This document shows positions 38,147 through 47,325 of a DNA stretch of 64,000 bases, piece by piece. The translations under genes were made by a program, and so were the position numbers. Numbering within the stretch: the first letter of the stretch is position 1; each line of letters starts with the position of its first letter. Source of the DNA: a virus (taxonomy: Duplodnaviria; Caudoviricetes); the IMG/VR virus record IMGVR_UViG_3300049926_000042, positions 1-64,000 of that record. One strand, written 5' to 3'. The notes beneath the pieces were generated by a model. The model was not told the DNA's origin. It was given only the letters and a program-made list of their open reading frames with translations, and searched no databases.

Positions 38147-39417
38147 CCACAGTCGGAGTCGTTGGACTCGGCAAGCTCGGGCTCATGCTCGCGATGGTGC
38201 TGGACAAGCACGGCAAGTATGACGTCGTCGGCTATGACCCGACCACCAACCCCAACGGGATCCTGTCCGGCCGAGTCCCCCCTCCGCAAGAGGAGGGGAT
38301 CGCGGGACTGATCGAGGACTCCAAGATTCAGCTCGCGCCGGTGCCGAGCGCCGTCGTACGAGCCACGGATGACGTGATCTTCGTCGTGGTGCAGACCCCT
38401 CATCTGCCGGATTATGACGGCACCACACCGTTGACCGGACCACCGGCCGACTTCGAGTACGGGTTCCTGGTTCAGGCCGTCCGGGACATCTCGAAGGCAG
38501 CACGCGAGCAGGGGAAGCCGGTCACCATCGTGATCGTCTCCACCGTCCTGCCGGGCACGATCAACCGCCTGATCCGGCCGTTGCTCAATGACATGACCAC
38601 CCGGCTGGTCTACAGTCCTTCGCTGATCGCGCTGGGGCAGGTGAGAGCAGACCTCCTCGACCCGGAGTTCGTCATTATCGGCACCGACGATCACGCCGAC
38701 GCTCGCTCGGTGATGGAGATATATGCGACCCTGCATGACCGGCCGTTCCAGATCATGAGCATCGAGTCAGCAGAGCTGACCAAGATGGCGTACAACACCT
38801 TCACCAGCCTGAAGATCGTGTTCGCCAACACGATCATGGAACTGGCCCACAAGACAGGGGCAGACTGCGACGCGGTCACAGATGCCCTCTCGCTCGCGAC
38901 CCGCAACCTACTCTCCCCGGCCTATCTCCGTGGCGGCATGGGTGGTGGCGGCTACTGTCATCCGCGTGATGTCGTGGCGATGTGGCATCTGTCGTCTCAG
39001 CTGAATCTGTCCGGTGATCTGTTCGGGTTCCTGCACGGCGCACGCGAAGATCAGTCGTCCTGGCTGGCCGACGTCACCGAGCACTGGGCCATGCTGACCG
39101 GACTACCGATCGCGATCTTCGGCACCTCCTATCGGCCGGAATCATCACTGACCGGCGGGAGCGCATCCCTGCTGCTTCACAATCAGCTGATCGAACGTGG
39201 ACTGGACGTCCAGTCCTGGGATCCAATCGCGGACGGCGGCCGGTCGATCAAGGTGTCGTCGAACACCGTCGCCAACGTCCCCCGGGTCTACGTGATCGCG
39301 ACCAACCACCGGGATTTCCGGACGGTCGCCTTCGCCCCCGGATCAGTGGTGATCGATCCGCACGGCAACATCCCGGATGCCCCCGGCGTGACCGTGGTCA
39401 AGATCGGGAGAAAATGA
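38143..39417 (+). CDS. UDP-glucose/GDP-mannose dehydrogenase family protein
   Basis: VGVVGLGKLG, VQTP, STVLPGT, SAELTK.AYN, GGYC..RD motifs. Confidence 0.9.
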   Translation: MTTVGVVGLGKLGLMLAMVLDKHGKYDVVGYDPTTNPNGILSGRVPPPQEEGIAGLIEDSKIQLAPVPSAVVRATDDVIFVVVQTPHLPDYDGTTPLTGPPADFEYGFLVQAVRDISKAAREQGKPVTIVIVSTVLPGTINRLIRPLLNDMTTRLVYSPSLIALGQVRADLLDPEFVIIGTDDHADARSVMEIYATLHDRPFQIMSIESAELTKMAYNTFTSLKIVFANTIMELAHKTGADCDAVTDALSLATRNLLSPAYLRGGMGGGGYCHPRDVVAMWHLSSQLNLSGDLFGFLHGAREDQSSWLADVTEHWAMLTGLPIAIFGTSYRPESSLTGGSASLLLHNQLIERGLDVQSWDPIADGGRSIKVSSNTVANVPRVYVIATNHRDFRTVAFAPGSVVIDPHGNIPDAPGVTVVKIGRK

Positions 39418-39995
39418 TGATCTCTGGTGTGACCGCCGTCGTTCCCGTGCATCTGCCACGGCTGCGCAGTGGGATCTTCGATCGGGCCATCGAGTCGATC
39501 GAGTGGCAGACTCGGCCGGTGGACGCCATCAGCATCTCCGTCGACACGACACATGCCGGAGCAGCCAAGACGCGCAACCGGGCCTTGGCCGGGGTCACCA
39601 CACAGTGGTCGGCCTTCCTCGACTCGGACGATCAGTGGAGGCCGAACCACATCGCCGCCCTGATGGATCACGCGGAGAAGACCGGAGCCGATCTGGTCTA
39701 TCCGTGGTTCACGGTCCCCGAGGGCTGGGATCCCTTCCCGCAGTTCGAGGGCCAGCCTTTCAGCGCGAAGGCTCTGGAGACCCAGAACTACATCCCGGTC
39801 ACCGTGCTGGTCCGCACCGATCTGATCCGAGAAGTCGGAGGATTCCAGCCGAAGGGACCGCCGGAGAACCCTTGCGACGATTATGGGGCCTGGGACGCTC
39901 TGCTCCGGGCCGGAGCGAAGTTCTCCCATCTGAACATGCGCACGTGGTACTGGCACTGGGGCGACAACACCAACGGACGAGGAGACGTGTGGTGA
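39414..39995 (+). CDS. glycosyltransferase family 2
   Basis: GAAKTRN, AFLDSDD, CDDY motifs. Confidence 0.85.
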   Translation: MMISGVTAVVPVHLPRLRSGIFDRAIESIEWQTRPVDAISISVDTTHAGAAKTRNRALAGVTTQWSAFLDSDDQWRPNHIAALMDHAEKTGADLVYPWFTVPEGWDPFPQFEGQPFSAKALETQNYIPVTVLVRTDLIREVGGFQPKGPPENPCDDYGAWDALLRAGAKFSHLNMRTWYWHWGDNTNGRGDVW

Positions 39996-40150
39996 AGAAA
40001 AAATCAAGGCTCGCCCGATGGTGGTGCGGAGTGTGGACTGGACACAACTTCCTTCCGGAAGGCCACCAGTGGAAGTGTCAGTACTGCGGAGAGCAGCCGG
40101 AGCCATTCACCCTGCCAGCACCGCCACCGCCAGGGAGTGAGAGGCGATGA
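39992..40150 (+). CDS. small hypothetical protein
   Basis: Coupled GTG start; C..H and CQYC motifs. Confidence 0.4.
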   Translation: MKKKSRLARWWCGVWTGHNFLPEGHQWKCQYCGEQPEPFTLPAPPPPGSERR

Positions 40151-40271
40151 TCTACCGAGCACTGATCCAAACGTTCTGGGTTTTCGTGCCGCATCCGTTC
40201 GTCATGGAAAGCCAGTTCGCATCAGCCGTCTGCCGACGCTGCGGCTTCGTTCACTGGGGAAAGTGGTTCTG

Positions 40272-40928
40272 ATGGGCCAGCACAAATACAACAAGGGACA
40301 GCGGCACCTCACCGTGGCCGTCTGCATCCCGACCATCCCTGATCGTGAACTTCAGCTCGTGCGCGCAGAGCTGAGTGTCATGACGCAGCGGCGGCAGCCG
40401 GACCAGCTGCTGATCGAAATGGACTCCGAGCGCACTGGCGCGGCGGCCACCAGAAACCGGCTGCTCCGCCAGGTCACGACCGACGTGATCGCCTGGCTGG
40501 ACGATGACGACGCCATGAAAGACAACCACCTCATGGCGTGCATGCGGGTTCTGGAGCAGAACCCATCGGTGGATCTCGTCTACCCTCGGCCGGTCATGAT
40601 CGGTGGCACCGACCCGACGGCCACCACCCGGGGAGGGATCTTCCCCGTCAGCCCGTGGGGGCTCCGCTTCGGACCCGAGCAGGCGGCCCACATCAGGCAC
40701 GTCGGGAGTTTCATCCCGATGACCCATCTGGTCCGCACGGAAGCAGTCGACCGGATCAACGGATTCCCCGAGGGCAGAACGCTGCCGAACGGCCGGTACC
40801 AGGGCGAGGACGAACGCTACCTGATCAATCTCCTCGACGACGGAGCGACCTTCGAACATCTGGACCGCCCGACCTGGTACTGGCACGTGAACCAGAGGTC
40901 GACGGCCGGGAAGGGGCTACCGAGATGA
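40272..40928 (+). CDS. glycosyltransferase family 2
   Basis: VCIPT, GAAATRN, AWLDDDD, GED motifs; paralog of the gene at 39414. Confidence 0.85.
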   Translation: MGQHKYNKGQRHLTVAVCIPTIPDRELQLVRAELSVMTQRRQPDQLLIEMDSERTGAAATRNRLLRQVTTDVIAWLDDDDAMKDNHLMACMRVLEQNPSVDLVYPRPVMIGGTDPTATTRGGIFPVSPWGLRFGPEQAAHIRHVGSFIPMTHLVRTEAVDRINGFPEGRTLPNGRYQGEDERYLINLLDDGATFEHLDRPTWYWHVNQRSTAGKGLPR

Positions 40929-41152
40929 TCAGCCTGGAGTTCAAGGACGGCAATCTCTATCACGAGGACGGTCGCCTCTACACCGGCCCGAGGGTCTTCA
41001 GCTCAGGTGACTATCTGCCTGACGTCAGGGCGGAGCTGGTGACCGGCCTAAGGGCTTTGCCCGGCGTGGCCAACGATCCCCACACAGTGCCGGACATCAT
41101 GTCTCTGGTGGACACCTACGTCCGCCGGGCGAGGGGACACCATGACGAATAG
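40925..41152 (+). CDS. hypothetical protein
   Basis: Coupled ORF. Confidence 0.5.
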   Translation: MISLEFKDGNLYHEDGRLYTGPRVFSSGDYLPDVRAELVTGLRALPGVANDPHTVPDIMSLVDTYVRRARGHHDE

Positions 41153-41444
41153 CACCAACGAGAGCGGACAGGTGATCATCCGCCGCATCGTGGATGAGGA
41201 CACACTCCGGGAAGCTCTCGACGCGATGGCGGAGCTGAGGACAGTTGTCCGCCGTCTGTCCTCCGCCTTCAGTGAAGCTGTCCGTGTCCTTGACGAAGGG
41301 GACACGGGACAGGACACCGAGGACACCGACCCGCCGTCTCTGTCCTTCGTCCTGTGTCCTGTCCCGATCCACGCATGGGGAGGGACACACCCGCATCAGT
41401 GGACAGGACCGGCCGGACAGCTATGGATGTGTCCTGGCGCATAA
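41142..41444 (+). CDS. hypothetical protein, GGAC/GTCC-rich 3' half
   Basis: GAGGG RBS; coiled-coil N-terminus. Confidence 0.5.
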   Translation: MTNSTNESGQVIIRRIVDEDTLREALDAMAELRTVVRRLSSAFSEAVRVLDEGDTGQDTEDTDPPSLSFVLCPVPIHAWGGTHPHQWTGPAGQLWMCPGA

Positions 41445-41556
41445 CTGTCCCTGTCCCGTCCTTGTCCCCTCTGTCCGCTGGACAGGGGGGACACTCTTAT
41501 GGCCTACTGGACGGATCGAACCAATCGAATCATTGGCTGTCCGGAAGGTGGGGGAC

Positions 41557-42573
41557 ATGAGGCGTCCCGAATGGACGAAGCGTCACGTTGTCCCGGCAGG
41601 GACAGGACGTGTCCCCTGGTGGGTCAGGAAGGCCGTGGACATCGGGACACCGGTGGCCGTCGTCATGATGATGGTGCTGTGTGCGCCCGGTGAGCAGCAC
41701 CTAGCTCACCTCGCTGGCTGGACGACTCACATGGCCTGGCTTTTGTCCGGCCTCGTGGTCGCCTACGCGGGCATCGCGGCCGTGGAAGCCACTTCCCGGC
41801 CCCCCGGTGCCAAGGGCAAATTCTCGGCCGTCCTGGGTGCCGTTGTGGCCCTCGGACTGGCCATGGCCGCACAGCCCATCAGTCACCTGTTCGTCACCGA
41901 CTGGCTGTCGGCCAGTCCGCGTGCCCCTGTCTGGTTGATCGTGTCCGTGTCCTGTGTCCCGCCCTTGATCGTCGGACACCTGCTCCACCTGTCCGCGTCC
42001 CGTCCCGGTGTCTCCGTCCCGTCTGTGTCCGATCACGTAGGCCATGTCCTGTCCCTCATGGAGGAGGGACACGTCCGTGTGTCCGAGGACTCCGGGATAG
42101 AGAGGCCCGTCAGTACGTCCGACCTGATGTCCGCGTTCGGGATCAGTGACAGGACAGAGGGACGGGACATGACGGCTGCTGAGTTCGACGGCGAGGGACA
42201 GAACGTCTCGGACGTCCCGGTCGTCCCGGATCCGGACTGGAGTGGCGGACGTCCCGTCCCGTCCCGGGACGAGGACAGCACCGGGACACAGTCGGACAGC
42301 TGGTACGAGGATGACGGACAGCTCCGGCTGGCCGAGTCCAGTCCTGTCCCGCCCCGGACATGGGGGGCCGGTGTCCAGGACAGTGCCTCGGTTCGTGTTC
42401 GCCGGACAGCGGACGGATCCATGACGTCAGTCGTCAAGAGCGAGTTGTCCCGGGACGAGAACATTTCGGATGACGAACTTCGGGACATCCTGCGGGACAG
42501 GTTCGGACAGGACACGAAGACCAATTCGATCAGCAAGGCGATCAAGAGGGCACGGGAGGCGATGAGCGCATGA
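41557..42573 (+). CDS. Streptomyces plasmid spread protein-like (DUF2637/SpdB-like) multi-TM protein
   Basis: 4 TM helices, acidic low-complexity linker, C-terminal helical domain; directly upstream of the TraB-like gene. Confidence 0.65.
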   Translation: MRRPEWTKRHVVPAGTGRVPWWVRKAVDIGTPVAVVMMMVLCAPGEQHLAHLAGWTTHMAWLLSGLVVAYAGIAAVEATSRPPGAKGKFSAVLGAVVALGLAMAAQPISHLFVTDWLSASPRAPVWLIVSVSCVPPLIVGHLLHLSASRPGVSVPSVSDHVGHVLSLMEEGHVRVSEDSGIERPVSTSDLMSAFGISDRTEGRDMTAAEFDGEGQNVSDVPVVPDPDWSGGRPVPSRDEDSTGTQSDSWYEDDGQLRLAESSPVPPRTWGAGVQDSASVRVRRTADGSMTSVVKSELSRDENISDDELRDILRDRFGQDTKTNSISKAIKRAREAMSA

Positions 42574-44498
42574 GCCGGAGTCGGACCAACAACATGACCG
42601 ACGAGTCGATCAAGATTCAGCGGAGGGGGTACATGCCGATGCGTTACCGCATCGGTCCCTTCGTCACTCCGTGGCTGCTGATCGCCGGGGTCTTCATCAC
42701 CTCCGCGATCACTCACGCGTTCTGCTCCGGGCCACTGGCCTTGATGTTCCTGGCATTCACGATCGCCGGTCTGGTCTGGGTCACCTGGACCACCTGGGAC
42801 CGCAGGCACAAGCACGCGCGCAACGCAGCAACCGCCTTCGCGGCCGTCATGGGCGTCTGGCTGGCCACAGCCACGGCCACCTCCCCGATCTGGCCGCCGA
42901 TGCTGTACGCGTTCGCCATGGGCGGTGGCTTCATGGCCCTGACCTGGGACATCAGGTACGCGGGGATCACCCCGAGCAACAAGCACGACCGGATGGCCGG
43001 AGACATGGCCAACCCCTACGAGGCGATCAAGCGCCTGAAGGACGCCGTCCCGGTCAAGGTCAAAGAAGGCAACGGCAAGGTTCAGATCATCCTTCAGCAC
43101 CACAAGGGCAAGTCGACGACGGCAGACGTCCAGGCGGCCCGCGAGAACATCGCGGGCATCCACGCCGTGGACGGAAACTCTGTGTCTGTGGCCAAGGTCA
43201 AGGGCAGGGGCGACCAGACCGGGATCACAGTGCGGATCGACGACCCGACCGAGCAGGTGGTCAGGTGGCCGGGAGTCTCCGCCCCGGGCAAGAGCATCGC
43301 CGACGCGCCGCTCCGCATCGGTGTCCGCGAGGACGGACAGCCCATGTCCTTCTGGGTGACAGGTGACGATCTGCTGTCCCGCGCCGCCCCTCACACCCTC
43401 TGGACTGGGATGACAGGGTCCGGCAAGACTGCGGCGTTCATCCTGGGCACGCTGGAGATGATCTCCCGCATCGACTGTGCCCCGGTGGTCGCCGACCCCG
43501 AGAAGTTCATGCTGTCCTTCGGCGGTGTGATGGACGCGTTCGCCATCGCCGCCGATGGCCCGGAGCAGACCGAGCAGTTGATCGCCAACCTGCCCCCGGC
43601 ACTCCGCTATCGGGCCAGCCTGCTGGGGTCTCTGGGGTACGAGCAGTGGGAACCGGAGTGCTGGACGAAGTACGGCATCCCGGTGGTGCCGGTTCACATC
43701 GAGGAGGCGGCCGGATATCTGGCCACGAACAAGGACTTCAACAAGGCGATCATCCTGGCGCGTGCACTCGGCATGCCGATCAGCGCGTCACTCCAGGTCG
43801 CAGTGTTCCGCAACCTCCAGCGTGAGGCCCGGAGCCAGTTCGGCAACTCGATCGCGTTCGGTGTGAAGGAGAAGCAAGACGCTCAGTTCGCCCTCACTGA
43901 CGGCACCCTGAATGCCGGTGCGGACCCCACTCGGTGGGGCAACAACGAACCCGGCCGTTGCTACGCGGAGACCGTCGGTGTGCCTTCCGAGGAATGGGCG
44001 GTCAAGGCCCGTACCTTCAAGATCACACCGGCTGAGCGCAGGGCTTCGATCGAGATGGCCGACGAGGCAGGCCGGGCACGTATAGATGAAGGCACGTTCG
44101 ACCTGCTCAGCAGGGGTATCCACCGGCCGGTGCGGATGGTCGGAGTTCCCCAGATTCCGGATCTCTCGCAGGCTCCGACGGTTGAGCTTCCGACCGTCGC
44201 TGACCGGCCGACCTTGACCATGGTCAAGAACGAGGAGGTCCCGGGGGAGCGTCCCCCGCCGGACGTCGCCCGGGAAATGATGATGGACCGGCTGAGCGAG
44301 CTGGAGGACGCGGGCAAGACGATCGTGGTTGTGGCCGATTTCGCCCCGGTGGCCGATCTGCTGGAGCGTCACCGGACCTGGCCCTACACCGAACTCCGCC
44401 GGATTGAGAGGACGGGCCGGGTGGAGAAGGTCAAGGAAGTGGCAGGTCAGTGGCGTATCGTGCCCAAGGCCATGATCAAAGATCAAGAAAAAATGTAG
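42570..44498 (+). CDS. traB: TraB-like FtsK/SpoIIIE conjugative DNA translocase
   Basis: N-terminal TM helices; PLRIGVREDG; HTLWTGMTGSGKT Walker A; VHIEEAA Walker B; ARALG..SLQ; C-terminal wHTH. Confidence 0.82.
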   Translation: MSRSRTNNMTDESIKIQRRGYMPMRYRIGPFVTPWLLIAGVFITSAITHAFCSGPLALMFLAFTIAGLVWVTWTTWDRRHKHARNAATAFAAVMGVWLATATATSPIWPPMLYAFAMGGGFMALTWDIRYAGITPSNKHDRMAGDMANPYEAIKRLKDAVPVKVKEGNGKVQIILQHHKGKSTTADVQAARENIAGIHAVDGNSVSVAKVKGRGDQTGITVRIDDPTEQVVRWPGVSAPGKSIADAPLRIGVREDGQPMSFWVTGDDLLSRAAPHTLWTGMTGSGKTAAFILGTLEMISRIDCAPVVADPEKFMLSFGGVMDAFAIAADGPEQTEQLIANLPPALRYRASLLGSLGYEQWEPECWTKYGIPVVPVHIEEAAGYLATNKDFNKAIILARALGMPISASLQVAVFRNLQREARSQFGNSIAFGVKEKQDAQFALTDGTLNAGADPTRWGNNEPGRCYAETVGVPSEEWAVKARTFKITPAERRASIEMADEAGRARIDEGTFDLLSRGIHRPVRMVGVPQIPDLSQAPTVELPTVADRPTLTMVKNEEVPGERPPPDVAREMMMDRLSELEDAGKTIVVVADFAPVADLLERHRTWPYTELRRIERTGRVEKVKEVAGQWRIVPKAMIKDQEKM

Positions 44499-44530
44499 AT
44501 GTATGTAGAAGGTGCATCGGTGTAAGGGGC

Positions 44531-44597
44531 TGTGAACCGGTCCGTGAACCAGGGTGTGATCATCCTGTGATCGGACCGGTGAATTGATGAGTGATCG
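44531..44597 (+). repeat. clt-like periodic 8-bp repeats
   Basis: GTGA(A/T)(C/T) cores start at 44532, 44544, 44556, 44567, 44579, 44591 (period 11-12 bp), immediately after the traB stop. Confidence 0.65.
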
Positions 44598-44644
44598 ACT
44601 CCCAAGCTGGGGGTCCACGCGAAGTAAACGAGGAGGATCACAGG

Positions 44645-45040
44645 ATGCCCACCGAGGAAGATCGAGTACGCCTCGCGGAGATCGTGGAGTACACCCGCCA
44701 TGATCTTGCGCGCCGGGATGCGGCTGCCGATGTCGTCCCGGGCGGAGCGCAGCACGTGCACATCCATCACCACTACGCGCCGCCCCCGGCCCCCGTGCCG
44801 GTGCCCGAGATGGACATCGCGAGCAGGTACGCCGGGCACTTCGTCCTCGCGGTGTGGGCCATGATCGCCATGGCCGGGGTCGCAGTCGTCTTCGTCATGA
44901 TCGCGCAGGCGCTCATGATCGCGATGATCTCCCTGGCGATCTGCGCTCTGGCCTTCGCGGCGATGATCAAGTCTCTGCGCTACAGCAAGATCGACAAGCA
45001 GCTGGCGGACCAGCGCTCTCGCGGGCGCACGCGTAAGTGA
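44645..45040 (+). CDS. SpdD-like spread protein (2 TM)
   Basis: QHVHIHHHYAPPP followed by a TM hairpin and basic tail; GAGGA RBS. Confidence 0.6.
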   Translation: MPTEEDRVRLAEIVEYTRHDLARRDAAADVVPGGAQHVHIHHHYAPPPAPVPVPEMDIASRYAGHFVLAVWAMIAMAGVAVVFVMIAQALMIAMISLAICALAFAAMIKSLRYSKIDKQLADQRSRGRTRK

Positions 45041-45155
45041 GAGAGCGAGCACATGGATGCCCCCGGCCTACCGGCTGGGGGCATCTTTGGTCTAAAGAAT
45101 CTTGAACTATTTTCTGGCACCCCCTCTGAGCTGCGACGATGCACCATAAGATCAT

Positions 45156-45184
45156 TTGACATGGGGAATGGCCCGCTGTATGTT
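45156..45184 (+). promoter_or_regulatory. near-consensus sigma70/HrdB promoter
   Basis: TTGACA-N17-TATGTT. Confidence 0.7.
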
Positions 45185-45189
45185 TGTGT

Positions 45190-45480
45190 TGTACCGAAAG
45201 AACAACAACAGAACAGCGGGAGCGGCACCGGGAGACCAGAAGATCATCTAGGAATGATCGAATCGCCCGGCCACCGCAGAAAGATCGAAAGATCCCCGCC
45301 AACTGATCCATAAGGTATCGGCCCTAGATGACCGAAGCGCTCGGAGATAAGGCCCCCGAAAAGGCTAAGACCGCAGCAGAGACCATCGACAGAGTCTCGA
45401 AACGAAAAGCCGAAAGGCGAGCAAGATGATCGAATCCCCCGGTCGATCCCGGGGGCGATCATGCTTCACCGGCCGCCGCC
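45190..45480 (+). ncRNA. candidate structured ncRNA or long leader
   Basis: No credible ORF; A-rich with several hairpins (GATC-GAAA-GATC, GCC-GAAA-GGC, GAGAC..GTCTC, CCCCCGG..CCGGGGG); follows the strong promoter. Confidence 0.4.
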
Positions 45481-45539
45481 GTGATCACCGGGTTCGCTCG
45501 TACCCCTAAACGATGCTAGATCGAGTCGGCGGCCAGCAT

Positions 45540-45586
45540 GCTTCGAGGGCAGACAGTATGAGCCGGTTCGAATCCGGCCCGAAGCA
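45540..45586 (+). ncRNA. tRNA top-half mimic (acceptor stem + T arm only)
   Basis: GCTTCG..15 nt..GCCGG-TTCGAAT-CCGGC-CCGAAGC-A. Confidence 0.5.
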
Positions 45587-45667
45587 CTAGATCAGCGCGA
45601 CGACGAGAGGCATCGTTCCTCAATCGCAAGTCGCGCTGATCTTCACCTACGGACCAAGGAGCCGATC

Positions 45668-45868
45668 ATGTCGAACACTTCTTCCGCTCGCTCGTTCCAG
45701 GAAGCACAAGCTGCGCTTGCTTCCATCGACGCTTTCGGCCTCGACGCCGAGATCGTCCGCTACATCTACACCGGCCGCGACCGGGACAACGAGATCTTGA
45801 ACGAGCAGGAAGCACCTCTTCCGACCTGGTACCCCACCGGCCGCACCTACCGTGGGCTCGCGTACTGA
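45668..45868 (+). CDS. hypothetical protein
   Basis: Starts at the conserved start repeat. Confidence 0.65.
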   Translation: MSNTSSARSFQEAQAALASIDAFGLDAEIVRYIYTGRDRDNEILNEQEAPLPTWYPTGRTYRGLAY

Positions 45869-45949
45869 TCACCGCCCGGGTGCACGATCTTCGGATCGTG
45901 CACCCCACGAGGTAGATCAGCCTCTCACCACACGGACTCAGGAGCCGAC

Positions 45950-46327
45950 ATGCTGAACATCACGACGAACGACGGTCAGGCCGTACAGCTTCACCGCACC
46001 CACCTCGTAGCTCAGCACGGGCCGCACGCCGGTCGTACCTTCCGGATTGACGACATCGTCCACGAGGGTGGCAAGCACTTGATCGTGGCCACCCGCAAGC
46101 ACAACAGCCGGATCCGTCACACGGTCAAGGTTCTCCCGGAGATCTTCGGAATCGTGATCAACGAGGTCGAGGAGATCGGCCGCCAGGTGTGGACCGCGAT
46201 CAAGTGGGTGTGGCTGAAGGTAGATGAGGGTCTGTACATGGGCACCGCCGCCTTGATCCCGCTCGCGTACTTCGAGCACTACGACCTGGCGACCAAGATC
46301 GTTGAGTTCTTCAACACGATCGTCTGA
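45950..46327 (+). CDS. hypothetical protein
   Basis: Starts at the conserved start repeat. Confidence 0.7.
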   Translation: MLNITTNDGQAVQLHRTHLVAQHGPHAGRTFRIDDIVHEGGKHLIVATRKHNSRIRHTVKVLPEIFGIVINEVEEIGRQVWTAIKWVWLKVDEGLYMGTAALIPLAYFEHYDLATKIVEFFNTIV

Positions 46328-46418
46328 CTGGACACGCTTCGAGCGTCCGGCCGCCACCACGGGGCCGGACGTTCGCGGGACTGCCCAGTCCACAGCACGT
46401 CAAAGGGAAGTGACCGAC

Positions 46419-46517
46419 ATGGCGATTGGAGCAGGCATCCTGATCGCTTACGTGACGATCTCCGCGATCGTCAGAACGATCATCAAGATCCGCAAGGCCA
46501 GAAGCAGTAGCAGGTAA
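46419..46517 (+). CDS. micro membrane protein
   Basis: MAIGAGILIAYVTISAIVRTIIKIRKARSSSR. Confidence 0.45.
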   Translation: MAIGAGILIAYVTISAIVRTIIKIRKARSSSR

Positions 46518-46535
46518 CGGACCGAGGAGCCGATC

Positions 46536-46907
46536 ATGACGAACAACCTGATCTCGAACATCATGGCGACCAGCACGACCGTGCCCGAGGTGGGCATGGG
46601 AGCAACCGTCTTGATGTGGTCGGACCGCGCACCGGTCACCATCGTCAAGGTGATCAAGTTCGCGTCTGGTGCCCGCAAGGGCCAGGTTCGAGAGATCCAC
46701 GTCACCCCCGACACGTACGAGATCGTTTCTGGGTCCTCGCATGACGGATCCGCTCAGTACGAGATCACCCCGACCGACCCCAAGACCTACGACCGCAAAT
46801 TGCTGAGGGTCGCGATCTACCGGCCGACCGCGAAGGGCTGGAAGTCGCCTTCCGGGAACTCGCTCTCGATCGGCGTGCGTGACGTCTACTACGACCCGTC
46901 GTTCTGA
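46536..46907 (+). CDS. hypothetical phage protein
   Basis: Starts at the conserved repeat; VGMGAT..WSDR.P.TI...LSIG.RD.YYDPSF pattern. Confidence 0.75.
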   Translation: MTNNLISNIMATSTTVPEVGMGATVLMWSDRAPVTIVKVIKFASGARKGQVREIHVTPDTYEIVSGSSHDGSAQYEITPTDPKTYDRKLLRVAIYRPTAKGWKSPSGNSLSIGVRDVYYDPSF

Positions 46908-46997
46908 TCACCGCCCGGACACACGGACCCGCAAGGGCCCGTGTGTCCTGCGAGGACGATCAGCCCTCAACGATCATCACGGACAAAGGAGCCGATC

Positions 46998-47225
46998 ATG
47001 TCGATGACCCGCAAGCACTACGTGGAGTTCGCAGCGATGATCTCTGCCCATCTCGACTCGATCGAGGGGTACAGCGACCGCGCGATCGTCGAGTACGAGA
47101 TCAACAAGCTCGCCACCGACATGAGTCGGATGTTCAAGCGCGACAACCCGCACTTCGACGTCAGCCGGTTCCGCGAGGCTGCCGGACTGAACAAGGACGG
47201 CCGCAACACCCCCGCCCCGTTCTAG
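46998..47225 (+). CDS. hypothetical phage protein
   Basis: Starts at the conserved repeat; MTRKHY..A...DNPHFD.SRF.EA pattern. Confidence 0.75.
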   Translation: MSMTRKHYVEFAAMISAHLDSIEGYSDRAIVEYEINKLATDMSRMFKRDNPHFDVSRFREAAGLNKDGRNTPAPF

Positions 47226-47325
47226 TCCCCCCAAGATCCGCCCGGCCGGAAATGCCCCCTCAACATCGACGGGCTTCCGGCCGGGTGCACCATCTCTCAA
47301 GACCACACGGACCAAGGAGCCGACC

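Noticed and set aside
42516-42534. Possible self-target of guide unit 0 (12-nt contiguous match CAATTCGATCAG to the reverse complement of spacerA+rc(spacerB))
   Set aside because: Only about 13/18 matches, which is expected by chance for 12 guides over 128 kb of both strands. I found no full 18-nt self-target by eye, but the search was not exhaustive.
45594-45650. Large-loop hairpins at 45594, 33410, 47245 and 56643 as further guide units
   Set aside because: Their loops are 23-28 nt and lack the CCA-N9-(C/T)G-N4-CCA-N9-(C/T)G pattern.
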